Source: Vicinamibacteria bacterium
Lineage (GTDB): Bacteria > Acidobacteriota > Vicinamibacteria > Marinacidobacterales > Marinacidobacteraceae
Assembly: GCA_965199715.1 (NCBI GenBank)
Contig: OZ241322.1
Location: 160,001 to 224,000, forward strand
Reading direction: 5' to 3'
Length of the DNA stretch: 64,000 nucleotides
The notes beneath the pieces are model-generated. The model was not told where the DNA came from and ran no database searches. It saw only the letters and a program-made list of their open reading frames with translations. Below are positions 35,201-42,695 of the stretch, piece after piece (the first letter of the stretch is position 1; every line of letters starts with the position of its first letter). The position numbers and the translations under genes were made by a program.

Positions 35201-35366
35201 CGGGGTCGCGATCCTCCCGGTGCTCGAGCGCGAAGGGTTCGGGGGCAGCCTGCCGCTGCTGGCGGGGCTCTTCGCCGGGGTCCTCGGGTTCGGGCTGCTC
35301 GCCGGCTGGTTCGCCGCGCGGAGCGTCGCCTCGCGCCCCATCGTGAAATCGCTGCGGGCCGGTTGA
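32295..35366 (+). CDS. FtsX/MacB-like ABC permease, duplicated architecture (~1020 aa)
   Basis: ATG 32295 overlaps the ATPase stop. Two TM bundles with ERRLPEIGLLLASG and ERRREWALLAAAGF motifs and large extracytoplasmic loops. Confidence 0.85.
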   Translation: MTPRSLRYYWREHLATAFATSVAVMVLTGAFLVGDSVRGSLRSAFTGRLGGVDHSVLARHPFRQDLSDRLGRGAPVWRLPGAILGGPPVTVFGVDQRFFGLHGVADAGIGRGMVRVGPGIDLSPGDPVVLRVDDPSAVAAASLFGNKEGGITIRRSVEPWPDPAPGPASGDFALFPAQGATRAVFVGLDDLARVVGEPGRANALLIRGSPEGLPDALTLDDYGLSLEPSVTGEFVLGSRAVVLDDPTVAAARRAGGEPVLTYLATRMNRNPYSLVAGLPTQWLPEGEFFPGPWLADDLDLAPGDPVRIEFLRWEAGGYVEESVELTAGPAVSDGVFADGLLAPEVPGVSDSATIGDWNPPFPVDLSAIREKDEEYWDEHRALPKAFVPLPLAERLFAMREGRATSVRFEEEPDLLAELDPARFGLEAIPVREQGLAASVGATDFGAYFLYFSWFLLVSAFLLIGLLYRLGIERRLPEIGLLLASGWPPRRTTALLLREAAVLALAGAVLGAALGLGYGRLMVALLGGVFEGAIAGTLSGGGVDALRFVMSWPKLAGWAFGGALLACAVAWLTVRRVVRRAPRALLAGAPEDRSDSRPSLLGAVAIAGAVGLVGAVALGLVPAVVGFFGAGALFLTGSLLLVRAGVSRELPGSGLAGLGFRGLSFRPGRSLTAMALVGFASFTLVAVESFRKREDSGLPPGAGGFVAVAETVFGIPWDPATAEGRDALGIEESDVPITPLRIAGDEDASCLNLYQPDRPKVLGAPPGLVARFPVAAGDPSALGSGAPGDPIPVVGDQNSMTYVLKWRIGEERSFPIGPGGAEVPLVLVGTLRDSIFQSELLMAEEDFLRALPSGDGFRMFLATGGERAKAFLDDALADHGARTQTSRERLAEFHRVENAYLSTFQALGGLGLLLGVLGLIAVLLRNAHERRREWALLAAAGFRRRDFIAIGFWENAFVLVFGVVAGAASAGVAILPVLEREGFGGSLPLLAGLFAGVLGFGLLAGWFAARSVASRPIVKSLRAG

Positions 35367-35383
35367 GCGCTTAGGATTCGGGC

Positions 35384-37543
35384 ATGACCCGATTCCTTCT
35401 CGCGCTCTCGCTCCTGCCGTCCGCCGCGCTCGCCCAGCCGGCGCGGGGATTCCTCGCCGACCAGTGGGACGAGCAGCGGTCGATCGAGGAGCGCTTCCGG
35501 GCGATCCCCGATCCGGCGCGGCTGCGCGAGTACATGGAGTACATGGCGGGCGAGCCGCACATCGCCGGCTTCGGAAACGGCAGCCGCCGGGTCGCCGACT
35601 ACGCGCTCGAGAAGTTCCAGTCCTTCGGGCTGGACGCCCGGATCGAGGAGACCGAGGCGCTCATGCCGATCCCGACCGACCGGCACGTCGAGGTGCTCGG
35701 CCCCGAGCCGTGGACGCTCCTGCTCGACGAGCCTTCGGTCCCCGAGGATCCGGACACGTTCGACGAGGGGCGGTTGCCCACGTACAACCCGTACGCGGCG
35801 GACGGCGACGTGTCCGGCGAGATCGTGTACGTGAACTACGGCATCCCCGAGGACTATGAGACGCTGGCCGAGCTCGGGATCTCGGTGGAGGGCAAGATCG
35901 TGCTCGCCCGCTACGGGCGGAGCTGGCGCGGGATCAAGGCCAAGCTGGCGGAGACGCACGGGGCGATCGGAGCGCTCATGTACTCGGACCCCGAGGACGA
36001 CGGCTACTACCGGGGCCTCACCTATCCGGAAGGACCCTGGCGGCCCGAGGGGGGCGTGCAGCGCGGCTCGATCCTCGACATGCCGGTCCGCCCCGGCGAT
36101 CCGCTCACGCCCGGATGGGGCGCGACCGAGGATCGCGAGAAGCTGACCCGGGAGACCGCGGGCACGCTGGTCGGAATCCCGGTGCTGCCGATCTCGTGGG
36201 GCGACGCGCTTCCGATCCTGCGGCAGCTTCGGGGAACGCCGGCGCCGAACGACGACTGGAAGGGGGCGCTCCCGATCACGTACCACATCGGCCCCGGTCC
36301 CGCCGAGGTGCGGATGCGGACCGCCTACGACTGGCAAGTGCGCCCGGTGTACAACGTGATCGCGACGATCGAGGGATCGACGTATCCGGACGAATGGATC
36401 GTCCACGGCAACCACCACGACGCCTGGTGCAACGGCGCGACCGACCCGATCAGCGGCGCCGTCCAGCTCATGGAGACCGCCCGCGGGTTCGGGGAACTGC
36501 TGCAAGCGAGAATCCGGCCCCGGCGGACGGTCGTGTTCGCGCTGTGGGACGCGGAGGAGTGGGGGCTTCTCGGGTCCACCGAGTGGGCCGAGACCCATCG
36601 GGAGTCGCTCGGCGAGAAGGGAGTCGTGTATATCAACTCCGACTCGACCGGGAAGGGGTGGCTCGGGTTCGCCGGCAGCCACACGCTCGAGAAGTTCCTG
36701 AACGGCGTGGCGCGGGACGTCGAGGATCCCGAGCGCGGCGTGAGCCTGCACGAGGCCGCGCGGGCGCGGCGGCTCGAGACCGCGAACGATCCCGAGGCGC
36801 GCGACCGCATCGAGCAGAGCGACGACTTGCGGCTCGCGGCGCTCGGCTCCGGGTCCGACTACACCGTGTTCCTCGACCATCTGACGATGGCGTCGCTGAA
36901 CCTCGGGATCGGCGGCGACAGTCCGGGCGGGGTCTATCACTCGAACTACGACACCCTCCACTGGTACCTGAACCACTCCGACGGCGACTTCGTGTTCGGG
37001 CGGGCGCTCTCGCAGCTCATCGGAACCGCGATCTGGCGGCTCGCCAACGCCGCGATCCTTCCGTTCGGGTTCACCTCGCTGGCCGACGCGATGGAGGAGT
37101 ACGTGGACGAGATCCGCGAGACCCACGCGGCCATGGAGAACCCCGAGGATATCGACTTCGCGGCGCTCGAGTCCGCGCTCGCAACGCTGCGGAGCGCTGG
37201 CGAGGACTACGAGACCGCGCTGGCCGACCTCACCGCATCCGGGTCCGCCGACGCCGTGCTGGCGAGCGCGGAAGTGTCCCGGCTGAACCAGCTTCTCTAC
37301 ACCTCCGAGCGGCGGCTCGGCCACGAGGAGGGGCTGCCTGAGCGGGAGTGGTTCCGGCACCAGATCTACGCGCCCGGCCTCTACACCGGCTACGGAGTCA
37401 AGACGATTCCGGGTGTCCGCGAGGGCATCGAGGAGGGACAGTGGGACGCCGCCCGGCTCTACGTGCGGGTGGTGCAGGACGCGCTGTCCGCGCTCACCGC
37501 CCAAGTGCGCGAGGCGGAGGGTATTCTCGGCCAACTTCGCTGA
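35384..37543 (+). CDS. M28 family peptidase (glutamate carboxypeptidase II / transferrin-receptor-like, with PA domain)
   Basis: Signal peptide; YVNYG PA domain, GNHHDAW, GATDPISG, WDAEEWG, SGSDY, YHSNYD, and the WFRHQIYAPG dimerisation domain. Confidence 0.9.
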   Translation: MTRFLLALSLLPSAALAQPARGFLADQWDEQRSIEERFRAIPDPARLREYMEYMAGEPHIAGFGNGSRRVADYALEKFQSFGLDARIEETEALMPIPTDRHVEVLGPEPWTLLLDEPSVPEDPDTFDEGRLPTYNPYAADGDVSGEIVYVNYGIPEDYETLAELGISVEGKIVLARYGRSWRGIKAKLAETHGAIGALMYSDPEDDGYYRGLTYPEGPWRPEGGVQRGSILDMPVRPGDPLTPGWGATEDREKLTRETAGTLVGIPVLPISWGDALPILRQLRGTPAPNDDWKGALPITYHIGPGPAEVRMRTAYDWQVRPVYNVIATIEGSTYPDEWIVHGNHHDAWCNGATDPISGAVQLMETARGFGELLQARIRPRRTVVFALWDAEEWGLLGSTEWAETHRESLGEKGVVYINSDSTGKGWLGFAGSHTLEKFLNGVARDVEDPERGVSLHEAARARRLETANDPEARDRIEQSDDLRLAALGSGSDYTVFLDHLTMASLNLGIGGDSPGGVYHSNYDTLHWYLNHSDGDFVFGRALSQLIGTAIWRLANAAILPFGFTSLADAMEEYVDEIRETHAAMENPEDIDFAALESALATLRSAGEDYETALADLTASGSADAVLASAEVSRLNQLLYTSERRLGHEEGLPEREWFRHQIYAPGLYTGYGVKTIPGVREGIEEGQWDAARLYVRVVQDALSALTAQVREAEGILGQLR

Positions 37544-37556
37544 CCGGAGGCCCCCC

Positions 37557-38027
37557 ATGAAGATCCTGTTCCTCGCCGCCCTGCTCCTGCCCGCTCCGGC
37601 TCCTTCGGATGACGTGGCGGCGCTCCAGGAGACCTTCGAGACCGCGGTCGCCGCGCTCAACTCGGGGAACCTCGACGGGTTCCTCGACAGCGTTCATGAC
37701 GAGGCGCTCTCGTTCTACTCGTGCGGCCCGACCTCGGGCAAGCAGGGCAGGGAGGCGTGCGCCCTCGACTGGCGGCTGTTCTTCGACAACGCCGCCGGCG
37801 CCGAGTTCCGCACGAGCGGCGAGCAGTACCGCATCATCGGCGGAACCGGAATCGCCTACGGCTCCTACGCGCTGTCGGTGCTGTACGACGGCAAGGAGCG
37901 CATGACGGTCCACGAGGGCCGCTACACGATGACCTACATCCGCTCCGGCGACGAGTGGAAGATCATCATGCAGCACAACACTCCCGCCGGCGACGATCCC
38001 CAGCCGGTGACCGGCCTGCGCCGCTAA
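37557..38027 (+). CDS. Secreted NTF2/SnoaL-like (DUF4440-like) protein
   Basis: RBS GGAGG, signal peptide MKILFLAALLLPAPA, and C-terminal GRYTMTY..WKIIMQH pattern typical of NTF2-like folds. Confidence 0.7.
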   Translation: MKILFLAALLLPAPAPSDDVAALQETFETAVAALNSGNLDGFLDSVHDEALSFYSCGPTSGKQGREACALDWRLFFDNAAGAEFRTSGEQYRIIGGTGIAYGSYALSVLYDGKERMTVHEGRYTMTYIRSGDEWKIIMQHNTPAGDDPQPVTGLRR

Positions 38028-38034
38028 CGAGAAA

Positions 38035-38064
38035 CGGGGCCCCGCCCCGAAGGGCGGGACCCCG
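38035..38064. terminator. GC hairpin between convergent genes
   Basis: Stem CGGGGCCCCGCCC-CGAA-GGGCGGGACCCCG with a short T run on the minus strand. Confidence 0.55.
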
Positions 38065-38082
38065 CGACGGGCCGGCGGTCCG

Positions 38083-39258
38083 TCAGGCGGCCATCTTCTG
38101 GGCGTTGTCCAGCACGACCGCCATCTTCTCCGCGCCGCGCTGCATCTCGTCCATCGTGCCGATGGAGATGCGGCAGCGGGTCCACAGCGGCGGGAACGGA
38201 CGTCCGACCCGCACGCCTTCCACGGCGCACGCGGCCTGGAACTCCTCGATGGGCATTCCGGTGTCCGCGAAGATGAAGTTGGTCTGCGACTCGGTCACGT
38301 CCAGTCCGCGGTCGGTGAAGAACTTCGTGATGAAGTCCCGCGCCTCGGCGTTCCGCGCCTTCTCGTTCACGAGGTAGCTCGGGTCCGCCTTGTCTCGCTC
38401 GAGCGCGGCGTTGGCGGCGACCATCGAGATGGTGCTGACCGAGTTGCCCATGTGGAACTCGCCGAGCTCCGCGATGGCGTCCTCGTGCGCGATCGCGTAG
38501 CCGATGCGGAGACCGGCCATGCCGTACGCCTTGGAGAACGTCCGGGCGACGATGAGCCGCGGATCCTGGAGCGCGGCGGGAATCATCGTCTCGTGGCCGG
38601 GAGTGGTCACGTAGTCGATGTACGCCTCGTCCACGAGGATGCGCAGGTCCGGGTTCACCATGAACGCCCGGTCGATGAACTCCCGCCCCTCGGCCGGATC
38701 CACGAGCGTCGCGACCGGGTTGTTCGGGTTGCAGTAGAAGAGCATCCCGCTGCCCTTGACCGCGTGGAGCGTCTGGTCGAGGTCCATCCGGAAGTCGGAG
38801 GTGAGCGGCACCGCCTTGGTCCGGTAGCCCATGAGCGCCGCGTAGCCGAAGCACTCCTCGTAGGTGGGCAGGGAACCGACCAACGCCTTCTCGCGGCTCG
38901 CGTACTGGTGCGTCGCGTCCACGAGAATCTGCGTGGAGCCGGCGCCGACGAGCACGTTCTGCGGCTTGACGCCCCACTTCTCGGCGATGGCCTCCTGGAG
39001 CGGCCCGGAGTAGGCGAACGGGTAGCGGCCCATGAGCGTCCCCTCGGGGCCGATCAGCGAGTCCACCGCGTCCATGACCACGTCTCCGGGGCCGAGCGAG
39101 TTCTCGTTGTTGGCGAGGTTGATCGCCTCGTCGGCGGCCATCCCCTGCGCGGCGGCGAACGCGACCTGCTCGCGCAGCCGCGAGCGGACCAGCGTGGCCG
39201 CGTAGAAACCCGCGGCGCCGGACGCGGCGTGGTTCAGAAAATTGCGACGAGAGAGCAT
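38083..39258 (-). CDS. PLP-dependent class I/II aminotransferase (HisC-like) with Tat signal
   Basis: Twin-arginine MLSRRNFL; LANNEN, CNPNNP, VDEAY and RTFSKAYGMAGLRIGY (PLP lysine). Confidence 0.85.
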   Translation of the reverse strand: MLSRRNFLNHAASGAAGFYAATLVRSRLREQVAFAAAQGMAADEAINLANNENSLGPGDVVMDAVDSLIGPEGTLMGRYPFAYSGPLQEAIAEKWGVKPQNVLVGAGSTQILVDATHQYASREKALVGSLPTYEECFGYAALMGYRTKAVPLTSDFRMDLDQTLHAVKGSGMLFYCNPNNPVATLVDPAEGREFIDRAFMVNPDLRILVDEAYIDYVTTPGHETMIPAALQDPRLIVARTFSKAYGMAGLRIGYAIAHEDAIAELGEFHMGNSVSTISMVAANAALERDKADPSYLVNEKARNAEARDFITKFFTDRGLDVTESQTNFIFADTGMPIEEFQAACAVEGVRVGRPFPPLWTRCRISIGTMDEMQRGAEKMAVVLDNAQKMAA

Positions 39259-39299
39259 GTTCGGTTTCCTTCGGTTCGAGCGAGCGGTCTGGTACCGGC

Positions 39300-40484
39300 C
39301 TACTGCTGGTTGTCGGTGGTGTTGAGCCCGAGCACGTCCGCGAACACGGCGGTGGCGCGCTGCATCTCCTCCATCGTGCCGATGGAGATGCGGGCGTGGG
39401 TGTCCTCGTAGGGCGGGAAGTCCCGTCCCACCCGGATGCCCTGCTTGGCGCAGGCCTCGCGGAATTCGCGAGCGGACATGCCGAGGTTCACGAAGACGAA
39501 GTTGGTCTGGCTCGGCACCGGATCGAGGCCGTTGCTCGAGAAGAAGTCCAGCGTGTACTGCCGGGCCGCCTCGTTGCGCTGGACCTCGGTCATGATGTAG
39601 TCCGGGTCCTCGAGCGAGCCGTAGGCGGCCGCGATCGAGAGCACCGAAGTCCCGAAGGTCAACTGGAGCGGCGCGATCCGGGCGATCGTGTCCTTCTGGC
39701 CGAACGCGTAGCCGAGCCGGAGTCCGGCCATGCCGTACGCCTTCGAGAAGGTGCGCGCCACGAACACGTCGCGGTAGCGCATCGAGAGCTCGGCGCCGGT
39801 GTCGTAGGCCGGGTCGGTCACGTACTCGAAGTACGCCTCGTCCAGCAGGATCGCGGTGTACGGCGAGTTCTTCTTCACGTAGGTGACGAAGTCGGTGATG
39901 TCGGAGGCCGAGTGGATCGTGCCGGTCGGGTTGTTCGGGTTGCACACGAACACCATGCCCGCGCCCATCGAGGCGCCCGCCATCTTGTCGAGGTCGAGCG
40001 CGAGACCGCCGGTGAGCGGAACCTCGGCGACCGGGTGCCCGAGGTAGCGGGCGGTGCGGGTCGGGCTCTCGTAGGAGCACTCCGCGGTCACGAGCGGGCG
40101 ACCCTCGCCGGTGAAGACGCGCACGGCGCTCCGCAGGATCTCGCCCGAGCCCGCCGCCAGCACCACGTTGCGGCCGTCGCCGCCGTGTTTCTGGCCGAGC
40201 TTGTCGCGCAGGTCCTGGTCGCTGATCCCGGCGTTCATCGGGTAGCGCATGATCGAGCCGTACTCGCCGCGCAGCGCCGCGACCGCCGCCGGGCCGGGGC
40301 CGAGCGGGTTCTCGTTGCTGCTGATGCGAACCTCGTCCGCTTCCGGAGCGGGGACGAAGACCGGGGCGCCGCGGAAGCCGTTCTCGGCCTCCCAGGCCTC
40401 GCGGCCCCGGGCGCTGATCGCGTGGAGGGTCGCGGCGCTCGGAGCGCCGGCCAGATTCAGAAATCCGCGACGGGTCGCATTCAT
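39300..40484 (-). CDS. PLP-dependent class I/II aminotransferase (HisC-like) with Tat-like signal
   Basis: MNATRRGFL; SSNENPLGP, CNPNNPTG, LDEAY and RTFSKAYGMAGLRLGY. Confidence 0.85.
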   Translation of the reverse strand: MNATRRGFLNLAGAPSAATLHAISARGREAWEAENGFRGAPVFVPAPEADEVRISSNENPLGPGPAAVAALRGEYGSIMRYPMNAGISDQDLRDKLGQKHGGDGRNVVLAAGSGEILRSAVRVFTGEGRPLVTAECSYESPTRTARYLGHPVAEVPLTGGLALDLDKMAGASMGAGMVFVCNPNNPTGTIHSASDITDFVTYVKKNSPYTAILLDEAYFEYVTDPAYDTGAELSMRYRDVFVARTFSKAYGMAGLRLGYAFGQKDTIARIAPLQLTFGTSVLSIAAAYGSLEDPDYIMTEVQRNEAARQYTLDFFSSNGLDPVPSQTNFVFVNLGMSAREFREACAKQGIRVGRDFPPYEDTHARISIGTMEEMQRATAVFADVLGLNTTDNQQ

Positions 40485-40569
40485 GGGGAGTCTCCCTTTT
40501 CGCTGGAGTCGGGGTTCATCGCTCCCCGGAAAGTACCGAACCCGCAGGCCTGGGGCAAGATCAGTCCGG

Positions 40570-41316
40570 TCAGTGGACCATGAGGTCGGCGACGAGCGCG
40601 GTCGTCCCCCACTGCATGGTCATCTGGCCGTTCATGCCGTCGGCCATGAGGGAAATCGTGAACATCTCCTCGGAGCTGTCGCGGGTCTCGACCTTCATCG
40701 GCATGCTGAGGACGTCGTGGCCGGGGTCATGGGCGTTGCCCATCTGGCCGGTTTCCTTGTTGACCACGAGGTCCCAGCCGGCGTCCGTCTTCTTCGCGAA
40801 GAGCGTGTAGGCCCCGGCGGGCAGCATCTCCGAGCCGAACATGAGCGAACCCTCGCTCGTGATCGTGGTCGCGCCCTCCGAGCCGAGGCGCCAGATCATC
40901 CCCGGCGTCGCCATGCCGAGCATGTCGCGGCCGTTGAGGCTCGGGCGGCCGTAGTCCACCGACACGGCCTTGCCGCTGAAGCTGGCCTTCGCCTCGCCCC
41001 TCGGGTTGTGGGCGAGCGCGAGGCCCGCGCCGAGCGAAAGCGCGAGCGCGACGCCCATCACGACGTTCGCCGCCCGGGTGAGCCGCGACTTGGCGCGGGC
41101 CGCGGCGTTTCTATGCAGGACGCCGCGCCCGGCCATGCGGTCGAGCAGCGCGGCCGTGACCGGCAGCGCGGCGCGGGTCGCGTCCGCGTCGCCCGCCGCG
41201 ATGGCCTGGCGGAGGCCCTTCGCCTGGGTGCGCAGCCGGCTGCGGTGGCTGCGGTTGCGGAGGCGACGTTCATGATTCTGACGAACGCGTTTCTTCGCGG
41301 ATTTGGAATGAGCCAT
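40570..41316 (-). CDS. rpsT: 30S ribosomal protein S20 fused to a signal peptide plus DUF2911-like domain
   Basis: aa 1-84 are classic S20 (MAHSKSAKKRVRQN..R..N...RSRLRT...GVLHRNAAARAKSRL). No stop follows; next come hydrophobic VVMGVALALSLGAGLALA and DUF2911-like VDYGRPS, PG.IWRLG, LPAGAYTLF, QWG motifs. Confidence 0.85.
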   Translation of the reverse strand: MAHSKSAKKRVRQNHERRLRNRSHRSRLRTQAKGLRQAIAAGDADATRAALPVTAALLDRMAGRGVLHRNAAARAKSRLTRAANVVMGVALALSLGAGLALAHNPRGEAKASFSGKAVSVDYGRPSLNGRDMLGMATPGMIWRLGSEGATTITSEGSLMFGSEMLPAGAYTLFAKKTDAGWDLVVNKETGQMGNAHDPGHDVLSMPMKVETRDSSEEMFTISLMADGMNGQMTMQWGTTALVADLMVH

Positions 41317-41325
41317 GCGGCGAGT

Positions 41326-42249
41326 CTATCGCGCCGTGCGCTGCGAAGGACCGCCGCCGGCGAGCAGCCGGATCGGGCTGCTGAAGGTGGATACGGTGAC
41401 TTCGGGGCCGCTGTCGCCGTGACGGCCGGCGAGCGTCAGCGGAGTGCTCGGCGTGGGCTCCATGGGAAAGTCCGAGACGATCTCGCCGCGGAACGTGGAC
41501 GCGTCCAGCAGGAAGCCGGGGACCGCCCCGAATCCGAGATCCACCTCGCCCGAGTGGGTGCGGACCTCGTACCAGCCGTCCTCGCGCAAGGCGCCGGCGA
41601 GCCGGATGTTCGCGGTGAGGGTCTCGGCGGTGCAGCGCCGGGCGGCGACGTCCTCGAGGCGCATCTCGCCGCTCACCGTCTCGGCGACCACGTGGTCGGC
41701 GACGAGGCCGTTCACCTCGAGCGGCCCGCTGATGCTCCGCAGCAGGAAGCGCCCGCCCGGCGAGGCCACGTCCTCGAGCGAGATCGCCGCGGTGAACGAA
41801 CGGACCGTGAGCGAAAGCCCCTCGGGCAGCCAGAGCTCGAGATCGACGAGCACCGGCGGGATGCGCCGGGGCGCGCGCACCTCGGTGAGCGGGATCTCGC
41901 GGGTGCGCCCGTCCGCGCCCCGAGGCGGCTGCGGACCGATCCGCACGTGGCCCTCGGTCTGGTGGAGGTCGAGATTCACCCGGCGGAAATGCCGCTCGCT
42001 CTCCTCGGGCGGGACCCCCGGCTGCAGGCGCTTGACCGCGACGAACCGAAGCAGGCGATCCTCCGTCGCGGCGCTGCGCACCGCGACCTGCCCGGCGAAG
42101 TTCATGACCGAAACGGCCGTGCCCGCCTCGACTTCGATGGTCCGCTCGACGCGCATCGTCTCCTGCACGGCCGCTGCTGGGGCGGCGGCGCCCAGGCACA
42201 GGGCGGCGGCCCACAGCGGGGCGCGTCTCGGGTCGGGTTTCATCTGCAT
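41326..42249 (-). CDS. Secreted DUF4097-like beta-strand-repeat (adhesin-like) protein
   Basis: Signal peptide ending AAAPAAA; repeated (S/T)-x-S-G-x-(V/I/L/M) units (SISGPL, TVSGEM, THSGEV, TFRGEI). Confidence 0.7.
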   Translation of the reverse strand: MQMKPDPRRAPLWAAALCLGAAAPAAAVQETMRVERTIEVEAGTAVSVMNFAGQVAVRSAATEDRLLRFVAVKRLQPGVPPEESERHFRRVNLDLHQTEGHVRIGPQPPRGADGRTREIPLTEVRAPRRIPPVLVDLELWLPEGLSLTVRSFTAAISLEDVASPGGRFLLRSISGPLEVNGLVADHVVAETVSGEMRLEDVAARRCTAETLTANIRLAGALREDGWYEVRTHSGEVDLGFGAVPGFLLDASTFRGEIVSDFPMEPTPSTPLTLAGRHGDSGPEVTVSTFSSPIRLLAGGGPSQRTAR

Positions 42250-42263
42250 GTCGTTCGTTCTCC

Positions 42264-42683
42264 CTATCCGGTGGACGGGGGTTCCGGTCCGGAAAAATCC
42301 TCGATGCGGTCGCGGGCGGCTTCGCCGTCCCCGCGTTCCAGATCTCGCATCAGCATCAGGGTGTTGTGCAGCAGCTCCAGCTTCCGGGAGAGGCTCTCGA
42401 GGAGCGACTGCTGCGCCTGCTCGTCCTCGGGCGCGGCCTCGGCGGCGAGGCGCCCCTCGGCGATGGCCTCGTCGATCGCGGCGAGCTCCGGGGAAATGGC
42501 CCGGTGGGCCTCGCCCCGGTCGGCGAACGCGCTCTCCACGTCGCTGATCGCCCGCTCGTAGAGCACCGCCGCGTCGCCGACCGGATTCGGGTCGGGCGCG
42601 GGGGCCGGATCGCCGGGGACGAGGAAGCTGAGCAGCAGGCCGGCGGCGGCGAGGAGCGGCAGAAGCCACAGAACGCGGCGCAT
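42264..42683 (-). CDS. Membrane-anchored helical hypothetical protein (resembles the extracytoplasmic part of an anti-sigma factor)
   Basis: N-terminal TM, then the helical segment LAAIDEAI....AAPED..AQQSLLESLSRKLELL, a pattern I associate with anti-sigma proteins encoded next to DUF4097 genes. Confidence 0.5.
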   Translation of the reverse strand: MRRVLWLLPLLAAAGLLLSFLVPGDPAPAPDPNPVGDAAVLYERAISDVESAFADRGEAHRAISPELAAIDEAIAEGRLAAEAAPEDEQAQQSLLESLSRKLELLHNTLMLMRDLERGDGEAARDRIEDFSGPEPPSTG

Positions 42684-42695
42684 CCCGCCGAAACG

